DNA of 64,000 nt from an uncultured Candidatus Saccharibacteria bacterium. GTDB taxonomy: Bacteria; Patescibacteriota; Minisyncoccia; Phycocordibacterales; UBA9973. Where the stretch lies: contig CAZFSV010000002.1 in the NCBI GenBank assembly GCA_964522195.1, forward strand, positions 36,743 to 100,742. The letters are read 5' to 3'. The notes under the pieces are model-generated. The model was not told the DNA's origin. It made no database searches and saw nothing but the letters and a program-made list of their open reading frames with translations. The position numbers and the translations under genes were made by a program. Position 1 is the stretch's first letter. Every line of letters begins with the position of its first letter. Shown in pieces: positions 20,840 through 30,937 of the stretch.

Positions 20840-20897
20840 AACAAGTAAAATTATATAAATTTATTAAAAATATTATAAATTAACAAAGTAAAACAAT

Positions 20898-22775
20898 ATG
20901 TCAAAAATAATAGGTATAGATTTAGGTACAACAAATAGTGCAGTCGCTATAATCGAAGGAGGAAATCCAAAGATTGTAGAAAATATTGAAGGAGCTCGAA
21001 CTACTCCATCTATAGTTTCTATTGCAAAAAATGGAGATAGACTAGTAGGACTTTTAGCAAAACGCCAAGCCGTAACAAATCCAGAAAATACAATTTATGG
21101 TATTAAAAGATTTATGGGCCACAATTTTGAAGATCCAGAAGTTCAAAAAGATTTAAAAAATTCTTCTTTTAAAATTCAAAAAGGAACTGATGGTGGAGTA
21201 GAAGTTATGATTGGAGATAAATGGATGCGTCCTGAAGAAGTTTCTGCAATGATTTTAGCTAAAATAAAAGCAGATGTTGAAGCAAAAACAGGAGAGAAAA
21301 TAACTGAAGCCGTGATAACAGTCCCTGCTTATTTTAACGATGCTCAAAGAAAAGCTACAAAAGACGCTGGAGTTATTGCAGGGCTTGATGTAAAAAGAAT
21401 TATCAATGAACCGACAGCCGCAGCTCTTGCTTATGGATTTAATAAAAAGAAAAATGAAAAAATTGTAGTATATGATTTTGGAGGAGGAACTTTCGATGTG
21501 TCAGTTTTGGAAATTGGAGATGATGTTATCGAAGTAAAGTCTACTGATGGAGATTCTCATTTAGGAGGACGTGATATCGATCACAAGATTATTGCTTGGA
21601 TTGCAGAAGAATTTAAAAAGACTTCTGGTGTTGATGTTCGTAATGATAAATTAGCACTACAAAGATTAGATGAAGCTTCTGAAAAAGCAAAAATAGAACT
21701 TTCAACAGCAGTAGAAACAGAAATAAATATTCCTTTTATAACTTCAACAGCTGAAGGCCCTCAACACTTATTACTTAAAATGACTCGCGCTCAATTAGAA
21801 TCTATTGCTGACGAATATATAACTCGTTCTATAGAAATCACTAAAAAGGCTTTAGCTGCTTCAGGATTTTCTATGAATGATATTCACGAAATCATAATGG
21901 TTGGAGGTCAAACTCGTATGCCAAAGATAGTAGAAGAAGTGAAGAAAGTTTTCGGCAAAACTCCAAATTTATCTATTAATCCAGATGAAGTTGTGGCTCT
22001 TGGTGCTGCAGTTCAAGCTGGGGTATTAGCAGGAGATGTGCGTGATGTGTTATTGCTTGATGTTATACCACTTTCTTTAGGAATAGAAACTTTAGGTGGA
22101 GTGGCTACAAAATTAGTAGAGAGAAATACAACAATTCCGGCCTCCAAATCTCAAATTTTCTCAACAGCAGCAGACAATCAAACTTCAGTAGAAATTCATA
22201 TAGTGCAAGGTGAACGACCTATGGCAAGCGACAATAAATCCCTAGGACGATTTATTTTAGATGGAGTTCCACCTGCACCTCGTGGTATTCCTCAAGTTGA
22301 AGTTACTTTTGATGTTGATGCTAATGGAATTCTAAATGTAAAAGCTATGGAAAAAGCTTCAGGTAAAACTCAATCTATTCGTATTGAGGCAAGTTCAGGA
22401 CTTAAAGATGAAGATATTAAGAAAATGCAAGCTGATGCAGAACTTAACGCTGAAGAAGATAAAAAGAAGAAAGAATTAGTTGATGTGAAAAATACCGCAG
22501 AAATGACTATGTACACAGCTGAAAAATCTTTAAAAGAGAATGAAGCGAAATTAGACGAAGCTTTGAAAACAGAATTAAATACAAAAATTACAAATTTGAA
22601 AAATGTAAAAGATGGTTCTGATATGGAAGCTATTAAAAAATCAACTGAAGAATTATCAAATGAAATGTCTAAAATAGGAGAAGCTTTAGCGAAAGCAGGA
22701 GAGACTCCAAATACTGAAACTAAAACTGCTGAAGAGCAACCTGTAGAAGTAGAAAACGAAGAGAAAAAAGAATAA
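20898..22775 (+). CDS. dnaK: Molecular chaperone DnaK (Hsp70)
   Basis: [18 protein letters not shown] and the full Hsp70 architecture with acidic C-terminus. Confidence 0.97.
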   Translation: MSKIIGIDLGTTNSAVAIIEGGNPKIVENIEGARTTPSIVSIAKNGDRLVGLLAKRQAVTNPENTIYGIKRFMGHNFEDPEVQKDLKNSSFKIQKGTDGGVEVMIGDKWMRPEEVSAMILAKIKADVEAKTGEKITEAVITVPAYFNDAQRKATKDAGVIAGLDVKRIINEPTAAALAYGFNKKKNEKIVVYDFGGGTFDVSVLEIGDDVIEVKSTDGDSHLGGRDIDHKIIAWIAEEFKKTSGVDVRNDKLALQRLDEASEKAKIELSTAVETEINIPFITSTAEGPQHLLLKMTRAQLESIADEYITRSIEITKKALAASGFSMNDIHEIIMVGGQTRMPKIVEEVKKVFGKTPNLSINPDEVVALGAAVQAGVLAGDVRDVLLLDVIPLSLGIETLGGVATKLVERNTTIPASKSQIFSTAADNQTSVEIHIVQGERPMASDNKSLGRFILDGVPPAPRGIPQVEVTFDVDANGILNVKAMEKASGKTQSIRIEASSGLKDEDIKKMQADAELNAEEDKKKKELVDVKNTAEMTMYTAEKSLKENEAKLDEALKTELNTKITNLKNVKDGSDMEAIKKSTEELSNEMSKIGEALAKAGETPNTETKTAEEQPVEVENEEKKE

Positions 22776-22793
22776 TTTGTAAAATTTTATAAA

Positions 22794-22830
22794 AGCCCGA
22801 TTTTTGAAAAAAATCGGGCTTTTAGTTTTT
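22794..22830 (+). terminator. Intrinsic terminator after dnaK
   Basis: 12-bp stem agcccgattttt/aaaaatcgggct followed by a T-run. Confidence 0.65.
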
Positions 22831-22854
22831 CTTTTCTATTGCTATAATTAAATT

Positions 22855-25110
22855 ATGCAAATACCTGGATTACCAGAAAATAGAGATTTAACATATATCG
22901 GTTATACAACTTACCGAGGTCAAAACCAACTTTTTGGTATTAAAAGAAAAGACCGAAGGCAACATATGTATATTTTAGGAAAATCTGGAACAGGTAAGTC
23001 TGTGCTTATGTCTAATATGATGATGCAAAATATCATCAATGGTGAAGGAGTTTGTGTTGTGGATCCTCACGGAGAATTAGTCGAAGGAGTACTTCAATCT
23101 ATTCCCCCTCATCGAATGAAAGATGTAGTTTATTTTAATCCAGCTGATACTGATTATCATATTGGTTTTAATGTTTTAGAATTAGTTGATTCAAAATACA
23201 AGCATCTAGTTGCTTCTGGTCTTATGGGAATTTTTACTAAAATTTGGGCCAATGCTTGGTCTGCCCGAATGGAATATATTTTAAATAATACTATTTTAGC
23301 CCTGCTTGATACTCCAGGCACGACTCTACTAGGTATTCAAAGAATGCTTGTCGATAAAGATTATCGTCAGAAGATTATTTCAAATTTAAAAGATCCTGTG
23401 ATTAAGGCTTTTTGGATTCACGAATATGAATCTTGGCAAGATAAATTTAGAAATGAAGCCATAGCACCTATTCAAAACAAAGTAGGTCAATTCCTTTCTA
23501 CTTCAGTTATTCGTAATATTGTAGGTCAATCAAAAAGTACAATAAATATTTTTGATTTAATGAATGAAGGTAAGATTTTCTTGGTTAATGTATCTAAAGG
23601 TAGAATAGGTGAAGACAACTCTAAATTACTCGGAGGTATGATAATTACTAAAATTCAACTTGCTGCTATGGAGCGTGTGCGTATTCCCGAAGAAGAGCGT
23701 AAAGACTTTTATTTATATGTGGACGAATTTCAAAATTTCGTAACAGATTCCTTTGCTTCAATTTTATCTGAAGCTCGTAAATACAGACTTTCTTTAACCG
23801 TGGCTCATCAATATACTGCTCAACTAGTAACAAAAGAGTCTTCTGCTATGCGAGATTCTATTTTTGGTAACGTTGGAACTATGATCGTTTTTCGAGTTGG
23901 TGCTGATGATGCTGATTTCTTAGAGAAAGAATTTGCTCCTGAATTTACTCCTGAAGATATTGTGAATTTGCCTAACTATAAAATTTATTTGAAATTAATG
24001 ATAGACGGTATTACTTCTCGTCCTTTTTCTTCAAAAACAATTCCACCCTTAGTTAAAGGTGGAGATAAAAGCATAGAAGAAGAAGTTATTAAATCTTCTC
24101 GAGAACTTTATTGTCGAACAAAAGAAGACGTCGAAGATGAAATCAATAAATGGAGTGGTATGACACTTGGAGATGATAATTCTAAAGATGGAAATAATAA
24201 AAATAATAATTTTACTGGTGAAAAATTCGAAACAGTTTGCTCTAATTGTGGTAATTTAACTTCTGTACCTTTCAAACCTGAACCTGGTCGGGCTGTTTAT
24301 TGCAAAGATTGTATTATTAAAATTAAAGCAGGAGAAATAAAACCTATTAAAGTTTCTCCTGACCAATTAAAAAAAGACGAAGCTAGATTTTTTAAACCTT
24401 TAGCTGATTTGGGTATAGAATTTGTTTCTACTGAAAATAATATTAAAACTAAAGACACAGAAAGAAAGACAGAAAATAAATCAAATATTGTAGAAAAAAA
24501 AGATTTTTTTAGAAATAAAAAAGATTTTATTTCTAAACCAAAAATTAATAATAATTTTCGAGAAAAACCTAGTGCTTTTACTAAAATAGGTTTAGGTTTA
24601 AAGGAATTACTAGATAAAGCTTTGCATAATGAAACTGATGAAACTGTATCTTTAGAAGAAGTTAAAACCAATAATTTGATTGTACCAAAAGATGAGAAGA
24701 ATATTTCTTTAGAAGATTTAAAATCTAAAAATAATCTAGAAAAAAATAACAACAAAGATAAATCTGCGAATGAAAAAACAATGAGTAGTTTTAAAAGTTT
24801 AATTTTAGAAAAAGAAAAAGAAATAGTAAAAGAAGAAGTCAAAATTTCAACACCAGAAATTAAAATAGAAGAATTTAATAAAGAAGAAAAAGAGGAAGTT
24901 GTTTTAGAGAATAAATCAGAAATAAAAGAACCTATCCACAATACTCCACAGAGCGATGTAGGCGAGGAAAGTCATTTTGATAAATATTATAAAGCTGATT
25001 TTGAGAATTCTAAAAAAGAAAATAAATCTGGTACAGAGCCAAATTTTTCAAAAGAAAATATTCCCGAAGTTCCCGAAGAAGTCCTTAAAAAAATTTTAGA
25101 TCAAAAATAA
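22855..25110 (+). CDS. TraD/VirD4/HerA-FtsK-superfamily P-loop ATPase (type IV coupling protein-like) with C-terminal zinc ribbon and K/E-rich disordered tail
   Basis: RQHMYILGKSGTGKSVLMSN...VCVVDPHGEL (Walker A plus HGE) and FYLYVDEFQNF (Walker B). CSNCGNLTSVPFKPEPGRAVYCKDC zinc ribbon at about 24238-24315. About 260 aa low-complexity K/E/N tail. No TM helices. Confidence 0.55.
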   Translation: MQIPGLPENRDLTYIGYTTYRGQNQLFGIKRKDRRQHMYILGKSGTGKSVLMSNMMMQNIINGEGVCVVDPHGELVEGVLQSIPPHRMKDVVYFNPADTDYHIGFNVLELVDSKYKHLVASGLMGIFTKIWANAWSARMEYILNNTILALLDTPGTTLLGIQRMLVDKDYRQKIISNLKDPVIKAFWIHEYESWQDKFRNEAIAPIQNKVGQFLSTSVIRNIVGQSKSTINIFDLMNEGKIFLVNVSKGRIGEDNSKLLGGMIITKIQLAAMERVRIPEEERKDFYLYVDEFQNFVTDSFASILSEARKYRLSLTVAHQYTAQLVTKESSAMRDSIFGNVGTMIVFRVGADDADFLEKEFAPEFTPEDIVNLPNYKIYLKLMIDGITSRPFSSKTIPPLVKGGDKSIEEEVIKSSRELYCRTKEDVEDEINKWSGMTLGDDNSKDGNNKNNNFTGEKFETVCSNCGNLTSVPFKPEPGRAVYCKDCIIKIKAGEIKPIKVSPDQLKKDEARFFKPLADLGIEFVSTENNIKTKDTERKTENKSNIVEKKDFFRNKKDFISKPKINNNFREKPSAFTKIGLGLKELLDKALHNETDETVSLEEVKTNNLIVPKDEKNISLEDLKSKNNLEKNNNKDKSANEKTMSSFKSLILEKEKEIVKEEVKISTPEIKIEEFNKEEKEEVVLENKSEIKEPIHNTPQSDVGEESHFDKYYKADFENSKKENKSGTEPNFSKENIPEVPEEVLKKILDQK

Positions 25111-25188
25111 AAAGAGGATCATATGATAATTTTTTTGTTTTGTCAAAGTATTTAAATATCTTGTTTTTTGTGTTAAAATATAAAATAT

Positions 25189-25728
25189 ATGTCATACAAT
25201 TTTTCAAATTTTAAATTAGAAGTTAAGAAAGCAGAGGATTTTTTAAGTAAGGTTTATCGTGAACTTAACATCGGACGGGCTTCTCCTATGGTACTAGATA
25301 GTATTTCTATTGAAGCTTATGGAGATTATCAACCTTTAAAGAATGTCGCTTCTGTTAATGTGGAAGACCCAAAAACTCTGCGTATCGCACCTTGGGACAA
25401 AACTCATATTAAAGCCATAGAAAAGGCTATTATGACTGCTGATTTAGGACTTTCAACAGCAGTAGATGATTCTGGAATGCGGGTTATTTTTCCTCAATTA
25501 ACTACAGAAAATAGACAAAAGTTGGTAAAAGTTTTGAAAGAAAAATTAGAAGACGCTCGTATTACCGTAAGACAAGTTCGCCAAGATGCTATGGATGATA
25601 TAACAGGAAGTGAAATGACTGAGGACGAAATAAAAAGAGCAAAAGATGAATTGCAAAAAATTGTAGATGAAGTAAATGCTAATCTAGAGAAAATCTTTAA
25701 AAATAAAGAAAATGAAGTAATGAATTAA
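25189..25728 (+). CDS. frr: Ribosome recycling factor
   Basis: Characteristic RRF length and motifs (LNIGRASP...IRIAPWD...ENRQKLVK). Confidence 0.9.
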   Translation: MSYNFSNFKLEVKKAEDFLSKVYRELNIGRASPMVLDSISIEAYGDYQPLKNVASVNVEDPKTLRIAPWDKTHIKAIEKAIMTADLGLSTAVDDSGMRVIFPQLTTENRQKLVKVLKEKLEDARITVRQVRQDAMDDITGSEMTEDEIKRAKDELQKIVDEVNANLEKIFKNKENEVMN

Positions 25729-25731
25729 TTT

Positions 25732-26847
25732 ATGTCTATATTAATATTTTTTATAATTCTTTTTGTAGTTGTTTTAGTTCACGAAGCCGGACACTTTTTT
25801 GTAGCTAAATTTTTTAAAATTCGTGTAGATGAATTTGGAGTAGGTTTTCCTCCAAAAGCTATGACACTTTTTAAAAAAGATGAGACTGAATATACTTTAA
25901 ATTGGTTACCTATTGGAGGATTTGTTAAAATTTTTGGAGAGAATCCTGATGACGAAAGTGTGAATGGTCCTGACAAAGAAAGAAGTTTCGTGAATAAACC
26001 TCGGTGGCAACAAGCCTTAGTTTTATTTGCTGGAGTCTTTATGAATTTTATTTTAGCTTGGGTTTTGTTTTCTGTTGGATTTGCATCTGGTCTTCCGACT
26101 TCTGTAGGGAGTGAACCTTCTGGTTATACTTTAGAAAATACCAACTTAGTAATAGTAGGAACACTACCTAATTCTCCAGCAGAATTATCTGGTATTAAAA
26201 CAGGGGATAAAATAATCGGAGTAAATACTATTGATGATAAAAAAAATACTCTAATTTTAGAAAATATTAATCCAGAATCTTTTAGAGATTTTATTGGGGA
26301 ATCAAAAAATAAAGAAATAGTTTTAAATTACACCAGAGGTTTAGATAAAACTATTTATGAAGCTCGTATGGAGCCTAATATAAATGAAGAAGGTAGAGCT
26401 GTTATTGGGGTAGCTATGGACCAAATTGGAACTTTAAAATTACCTATTCACTTAGCTCTAGTGGAAGGTTTTAGTATGACTGTATATCAAACAAAGACTA
26501 CCGCAGTAGGATTATTTACTTTAATCAAAAATGCAGTAATAGGGCAAGGGGATTTGTCTAGTGTGTCAGGACCAGTTGGTTTAACTAAAATAGTAGGCGA
26601 AGCTTCAAAATTTGGTTTCATTTATTTGCTTTCTTTGACTGCTTTGATATCTGTGAATTTAGCTATTATAAATTTAGTACCTTTTCCGGCTCTCGATGGA
26701 GGAAGATTACTTTTCTTATTAATAGAAAAAATAAAAGGTTCTCGCCTGAATCAGAACTTCGCAAATACGGCTAATATGGTAGGATTCTTTTTATTAATAT
26801 TATTTATGCTAATTGTGACTTATAACGATATAGTAAAATTATTCTAA
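25732..26847 (+). CDS. rseP: RIP zinc metalloprotease RseP (site-2 protease)
   Basis: HEAGHF HExxH, PDZ domain, LDGG motif (NLVPFPALDGGRLLF). Confidence 0.9.
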   Translation: MSILIFFIILFVVVLVHEAGHFFVAKFFKIRVDEFGVGFPPKAMTLFKKDETEYTLNWLPIGGFVKIFGENPDDESVNGPDKERSFVNKPRWQQALVLFAGVFMNFILAWVLFSVGFASGLPTSVGSEPSGYTLENTNLVIVGTLPNSPAELSGIKTGDKIIGVNTIDDKKNTLILENINPESFRDFIGESKNKEIVLNYTRGLDKTIYEARMEPNINEEGRAVIGVAMDQIGTLKLPIHLALVEGFSMTVYQTKTTAVGLFTLIKNAVIGQGDLSSVSGPVGLTKIVGEASKFGFIYLLSLTALISVNLAIINLVPFPALDGGRLLFLLIEKIKGSRLNQNFANTANMVGFFLLILFMLIVTYNDIVKLF

Positions 26848-26851
26848 ATTT

Positions 26852-26875
26852 AAAAACCACCATATGGTGGTTTTT
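26852..26875. terminator. Bidirectional terminator (palindrome aaaaaccaccatatggtggttttt) between rseP and cysS
   Basis: Perfect palindrome flanked by A and T runs, serving convergent genes. Confidence 0.65.
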
Positions 26876-28232
26876 AAATTTTATTTATTTTATACCCTTC
26901 TTCATTATCTTTGATTTCGTAGCCTAGAGAATTTATTTTCTCTCTAAGTTCGTCTGATTTAGTGTAGTCTTTGTTTTCTTTAGCTTTTTTTCTTTCTTCT
27001 GCGAGTTTTTTTATTTCTTCAGGAATTTCTTCGTGTTCTATTTTTAAATTTTCAAAATCTAATCCTAAAACTTTATCAAAATCTAAAATTGTGGCTTTCT
27101 TGTCTTTGTTAGAAATATTTGAATCTTTCACTAAATCCCAAAGTAGGGAAAGAGCCCGAGGAGTATCTAAGTCGTCACTAATCCTTTCTTTGAATTTATT
27201 TTGATAATTTTTATTTATTTCTCCAAGTTCTTCTCCGAGACTCAAATAAAGGTTATAAAGTCTATTTAAGGCTATTTCTGAGGCTTCTAGAGCTTCAAAA
27301 GTAAAGTTTACTCTAGTATGATAGCTTGCCATAAGTAACCAAAAACGGTAAATCATAGGGTCAATATTTCTTTCTATTAAATCTCTTAAAGTATAAAAAT
27401 TATTTTCACTTTTTGACATTTTTTTATGATCAACTAAAACCCACTCATTATGCAAAAAGAAATTTGAAAATTTTTTACCTGTATAGCATTCTGATTGAGC
27501 AATCTCGTTTTCATGGTGAGGAAAAATATTATCAACTCCTCCTGTATGAATATCGATACTTTCTCCTAAGTTTGCAATTGCCATAGCCGAGCATTCTATG
27601 TGCCAACCAGGCCGCCCTTTTCCTAAACTTGTTTCCCAAAAAACTTCACCATCATTTTCATCATAGGCTTTCCAAAGAGCAAAGTCCTGAGCGTTTTCTT
27701 TATCGTATTCATCAGTTTTAATTCTTCCGCTAGCATTTTCTTTTTGATTGTTTAAATCAAGATTAGATAATTTGCCATAATCAGAGAATTTTTTAATATC
27801 AAAATAAATAGAGCCGTCATTGCTTTGATAAGCAAAACTTTTTTTAATTAAATCTTCTGTGATTTCTATCATCTTGTCTATATAATTTGTAGCTTTGGTG
27901 AATGTAGTAGGTGGAAGTATATTTAATTTTGTTAGATCTTTTATAAATTCTAAAGTATAGAATTCAGTAAATTCTTTTAGGCTTTTACCTGATTTTTGAG
28001 AATCTCGAATGGTTTTATCGTCTATGTCAGTGATATTCATGATGTGTTTAACTTCATATCCTAGATATCCTAGAGTTCTTTTTAAAATATCAGCAAAAAT
28101 ATAAGAGCGATAATTTCCAATATGAGGATAATTATAAACAGTTGGACCACAAGAATAAAAACGCACTTTATTTGGTTCTATGCTTTGGAATACTTCTTTT
28201 TGTTTTGTTAGAGTATTGTAAAACTTAATCAT
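26874..28232 (-). CDS. cysS: Cysteinyl-tRNA synthetase
   Basis: HIGN (HIGH-type), KMSKS, and Cys-binding motifs of class I CysRS. Confidence 0.95.
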   Translation of the reverse strand: MIKFYNTLTKQKEVFQSIEPNKVRFYSCGPTVYNYPHIGNYRSYIFADILKRTLGYLGYEVKHIMNITDIDDKTIRDSQKSGKSLKEFTEFYTLEFIKDLTKLNILPPTTFTKATNYIDKMIEITEDLIKKSFAYQSNDGSIYFDIKKFSDYGKLSNLDLNNQKENASGRIKTDEYDKENAQDFALWKAYDENDGEVFWETSLGKGRPGWHIECSAMAIANLGESIDIHTGGVDNIFPHHENEIAQSECYTGKKFSNFFLHNEWVLVDHKKMSKSENNFYTLRDLIERNIDPMIYRFWLLMASYHTRVNFTFEALEASEIALNRLYNLYLSLGEELGEINKNYQNKFKERISDDLDTPRALSLLWDLVKDSNISNKDKKATILDFDKVLGLDFENLKIEHEEIPEEIKKLAEERKKAKENKDYTKSDELREKINSLGYEIKDNEEGYKINKI

Positions 28233-29255
28233 TTAATTATCTTCTTTTGGTCTGAATTCTTCGTTATAAATTGATATTAAAGCATAAAGTAGGCTTACTG
28301 CTAAAGGACCTATTAAAAATCCAATTGGACCCATCAAAACTAAACCTCCTAAAATAGAGAATAATACTAATATTTGAGGAATTTGAATTTTTGAAGAAAT
28401 TACTATTGGATTTAACAAATTATCAACCCATCCTACAATCATAAAAGCCCAAATAGACATACCTATGCCTCCAAAAGTATTACCAGTTGCAAACAAAAAT
28501 ATAACAGCTGGTAAAGAAACTAAAGCCGTACCTAAAGTAGGTATAAGAGAACCTATGCCAGCAATAACACCCCAAAGAGCAGAGTTAGGGACCCCAAAGA
28601 AATGAAGACCGAACCCCATAAGTATTCCTTGAATAATAGCTATTAATAAATATCCTTTAATGATTCCGTTGATAGACATAGATAATTTATCTATGATTTT
28701 ATTATCGTCTTCATCACGAAGTGGACTTAAGGAAATTAAAGCTTGCCTCCATCCTTTTCCATCTTTTAAGAAAAAGAATAAAGAAACTGTAATTAAGAAA
28801 AATGAGAATAAAGTAGTAATAGTTGACGTAAAAATACCTGCTATGTTTGAAGAGGTAAAAGATATAAGTTCACCTAATCTGTCTTCTATGTTTATGTCAA
28901 TTTCATTTGGAAAATATCTCTGAATTGTATTTTCTATGTTGTAAAAATAAGAACCAATACCTCCATTTTGATTTATAGATTGATAAACATCTTGGCTTTG
29001 ATTAAATACTAAAATTCCTATACCAAATAAAGGCCCACAAATTATTAAAATAAAAAATAAAACTGTAAGTAGAGACGAACTCCAGTTTGCAAATTTTTTC
29101 TTCAATAAAAAATTGTAAATAGGATATAAGACTACAGCAAAAGAGGCACTAATAACAATAAGAGGTAAAAACGGTTTAAAAATTAAAAAAGTAAAAATAA
29201 AGGTTGCTAATAATAAACCAAAGAAAAAGTTTCTTTCTATAATTTTTGTTTGCAT
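28233..29255 (-). CDS. AI-2E family transporter (PerM/UPF0118 permease)
   Basis: 8-TM topology and family-typical segments. Directly upstream of cysS on the same strand. Confidence 0.7.
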   Translation of the reverse strand: MQTKIIERNFFFGLLLATFIFTFLIFKPFLPLIVISASFAVVLYPIYNFLLKKKFANWSSSLLTVLFFILIICGPLFGIGILVFNQSQDVYQSINQNGGIGSYFYNIENTIQRYFPNEIDINIEDRLGELISFTSSNIAGIFTSTITTLFSFFLITVSLFFFLKDGKGWRQALISLSPLRDEDDNKIIDKLSMSINGIIKGYLLIAIIQGILMGFGLHFFGVPNSALWGVIAGIGSLIPTLGTALVSLPAVIFLFATGNTFGGIGMSIWAFMIVGWVDNLLNPIVISSKIQIPQILVLFSILGGLVLMGPIGFLIGPLAVSLLYALISIYNEEFRPKEDN

Positions 29256-29307
29256 AATATAGATTATATCATTTATTTGTTAGTTTTTGCAAAAAAAGTC
29301 AATATAG

Positions 29308-29336
29308 TTGCATTTTTTAATAATATAGTGTAATAT
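29308..29336 (+). promoter_or_regulatory. Candidate promoter TTGCAT-17-TAATAT upstream of rplU
   Basis: Hexamers with 17-nt spacing, 9 nt before the rplU ATG. Confidence 0.3.
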
Positions 29337-29344
29337 AGACTGAT

Positions 29345-29662
29345 ATGGAATTTGCAGTAATAAAAACAGGTGGAAAACAATACAAGGTTGCAAAAGACCA
29401 AGTTGTTTCTATTGAAAAAATTAAAGGAGAATTAAAAAAGGGGGATAAAGTATCTTTTGATAAAGTACTTTTAGTTGATGATGGTAAAAATACCACTATC
29501 GGAACTCCTTATATTACTGGAGCTACTGTTGAAGGAGAAATAACTATGGTAGGTAGAGCTCGTAAGGTTTTAGTTGTAAAATACAAGCAAAAATCAAGAT
29601 ACTTGAAAAGAAACGGCCACAGACAACCATTCTTTAAAGTAAAAATTACATCTATTAAATAA
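29345..29662 (+). CDS. rplU: 50S ribosomal protein L21
   Basis: MEFAVIKTGGKQYKV signature. Confidence 0.95.
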   Translation: MEFAVIKTGGKQYKVAKDQVVSIEKIKGELKKGDKVSFDKVLLVDDGKNTTIGTPYITGATVEGEITMVGRARKVLVVKYKQKSRYLKRNGHRQPFFKVKITSIK

Positions 29663-29673
29663 AATAAATAAAA

Positions 29674-29700
29674 AATAACCTTGTAAGAGGTTATTTTTAT
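29674..29700 (+). terminator. Intrinsic terminator after rplU
   Basis: ataacct-tgtaag-aggttat plus T-run. Confidence 0.6.
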
Positions 29701-29731
29701 TTTGACATTTATTTTAAATAATATATTCTAA

Positions 29732-30232
29732 TTGAGAATACAAATTTTTGAACTTTTAAAATTATATGTAATGAGAAAATTAAATAAATTATTTCCTAGT
29801 GCTTTATTTAAAAATTTAGAACGTAAATATTTTTATTTCATATTTATATTTTGCGTTGTTTATTTTATCCTATTGTGTTTGCTAAAGAAAAATGATCTTT
29901 CTTTAGGAATTACTATACTTTGGTTTTTATTTTTTGTTTTTACTTTTTACTTAGGACTATTTTTAGGTAAAAAAAGTTTAGAAAAGAGTGAAATGTTAAA
30001 AGAAATAAATAAACAAAAAACTATAATTCAAGAAAAATTATACATTTTAAAAAATCAATCATTGAGTCAAAAAGAAAGAGAAGAAGCTTTTTGGTTTATT
30101 GTTGAAAATGAATATGTAGATAAAAAATCTTTATATCTTATTTTAGAAAATTTAGAAGGTCTAAGATTAGAATTAAAAGATGAAGTTTTAAACGTTTTAT
30201 TTAAACTAAAAGAAAAAGCCCGAGACACATAG
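29732..30232 (+). CDS. Hypothetical membrane protein (2 TM plus coiled C-terminus)
   Basis: Hydrophobic helices. No recognisable domain. Start may be the MRKLNKLF Met at 29771. Confidence 0.35.
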   Translation: MRIQIFELLKLYVMRKLNKLFPSALFKNLERKYFYFIFIFCVVYFILLCLLKKNDLSLGITILWFLFFVFTFYLGLFLGKKSLEKSEMLKEINKQKTIIQEKLYILKNQSLSQKEREEAFWFIVENEYVDKKSLYLILENLEGLRLELKDEVLNVLFKLKEKARDT

Positions 30233-30246
30233 TGTTAAGGGTTTTT

Positions 30247-30864
30247 TTATTTCCTATTTTTTAATGCATTTTTTAGGGTTTCGTTGTCTGAGTATTCTAG
30301 CTCGGTGCCTGTGGAGAGTCCACGACCTAAAGATGAGATAATTATATTTTTCTTTTCACAAATTTCTTTTATCTCATTTCTTAAATAAAAATCAGTATGA
30401 TCTCCAGCAGGGGATATTGAAAAAGCTAAAATTATTTCTTTTAAATTATTTTCTTTATTTATTTTTTCTTTTAATTCTTTGATTCTGACAAAGTTTAAAG
30501 TTTTAGTATCTGCAATAGGTATAAGTCCTCCTAAAACAAAATATTTTCCATTATAAGTTCTACTTTTTAGAATACTTTCTAAATCAGAATCTTTTTCTAC
30601 TATCACAAGCAAAGTATTATCAATATTTAAATTAGAACAAATATTACATAAATTATTTTTTATATTAGAATCTGTTTTTAAAAAAAATCTAAAGCAATCG
30701 TTACATTTAGTAATATCTTTTTTTAATTCTAAAATTGTTTTAGCCAAATTTTCACTATATGCTCCGTTGCGAGCCATAAGAAAATATACAAAACGCCGAG
30801 CTTGTCTTTCTCCAATGCCAGGGAATTCTTTGAATATTTCAGTTAATTTTTCTATATTATCCAT
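30247..30864 (-). CDS. recR: Recombination protein RecR
   Basis: HhH N-term (FPGIGERQARR), C4 zinc finger (CNDC...CNIC), Toprim domain. Confidence 0.9.
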   Translation of the reverse strand: MDNIEKLTEIFKEFPGIGERQARRFVYFLMARNGAYSENLAKTILELKKDITKCNDCFRFFLKTDSNIKNNLCNICSNLNIDNTLLVIVEKDSDLESILKSRTYNGKYFVLGGLIPIADTKTLNFVRIKELKEKINKENNLKEIILAFSISPAGDHTDFYLRNEIKEICEKKNIIISSLGRGLSTGTELEYSDNETLKNALKNRK

Positions 30865-30937
30865 TTACTCTGAACTTATTATACAATAATGATTTGAAAA
30901 TCTACTACAGGATCCATCCGGTTAAATATTTTTAATT

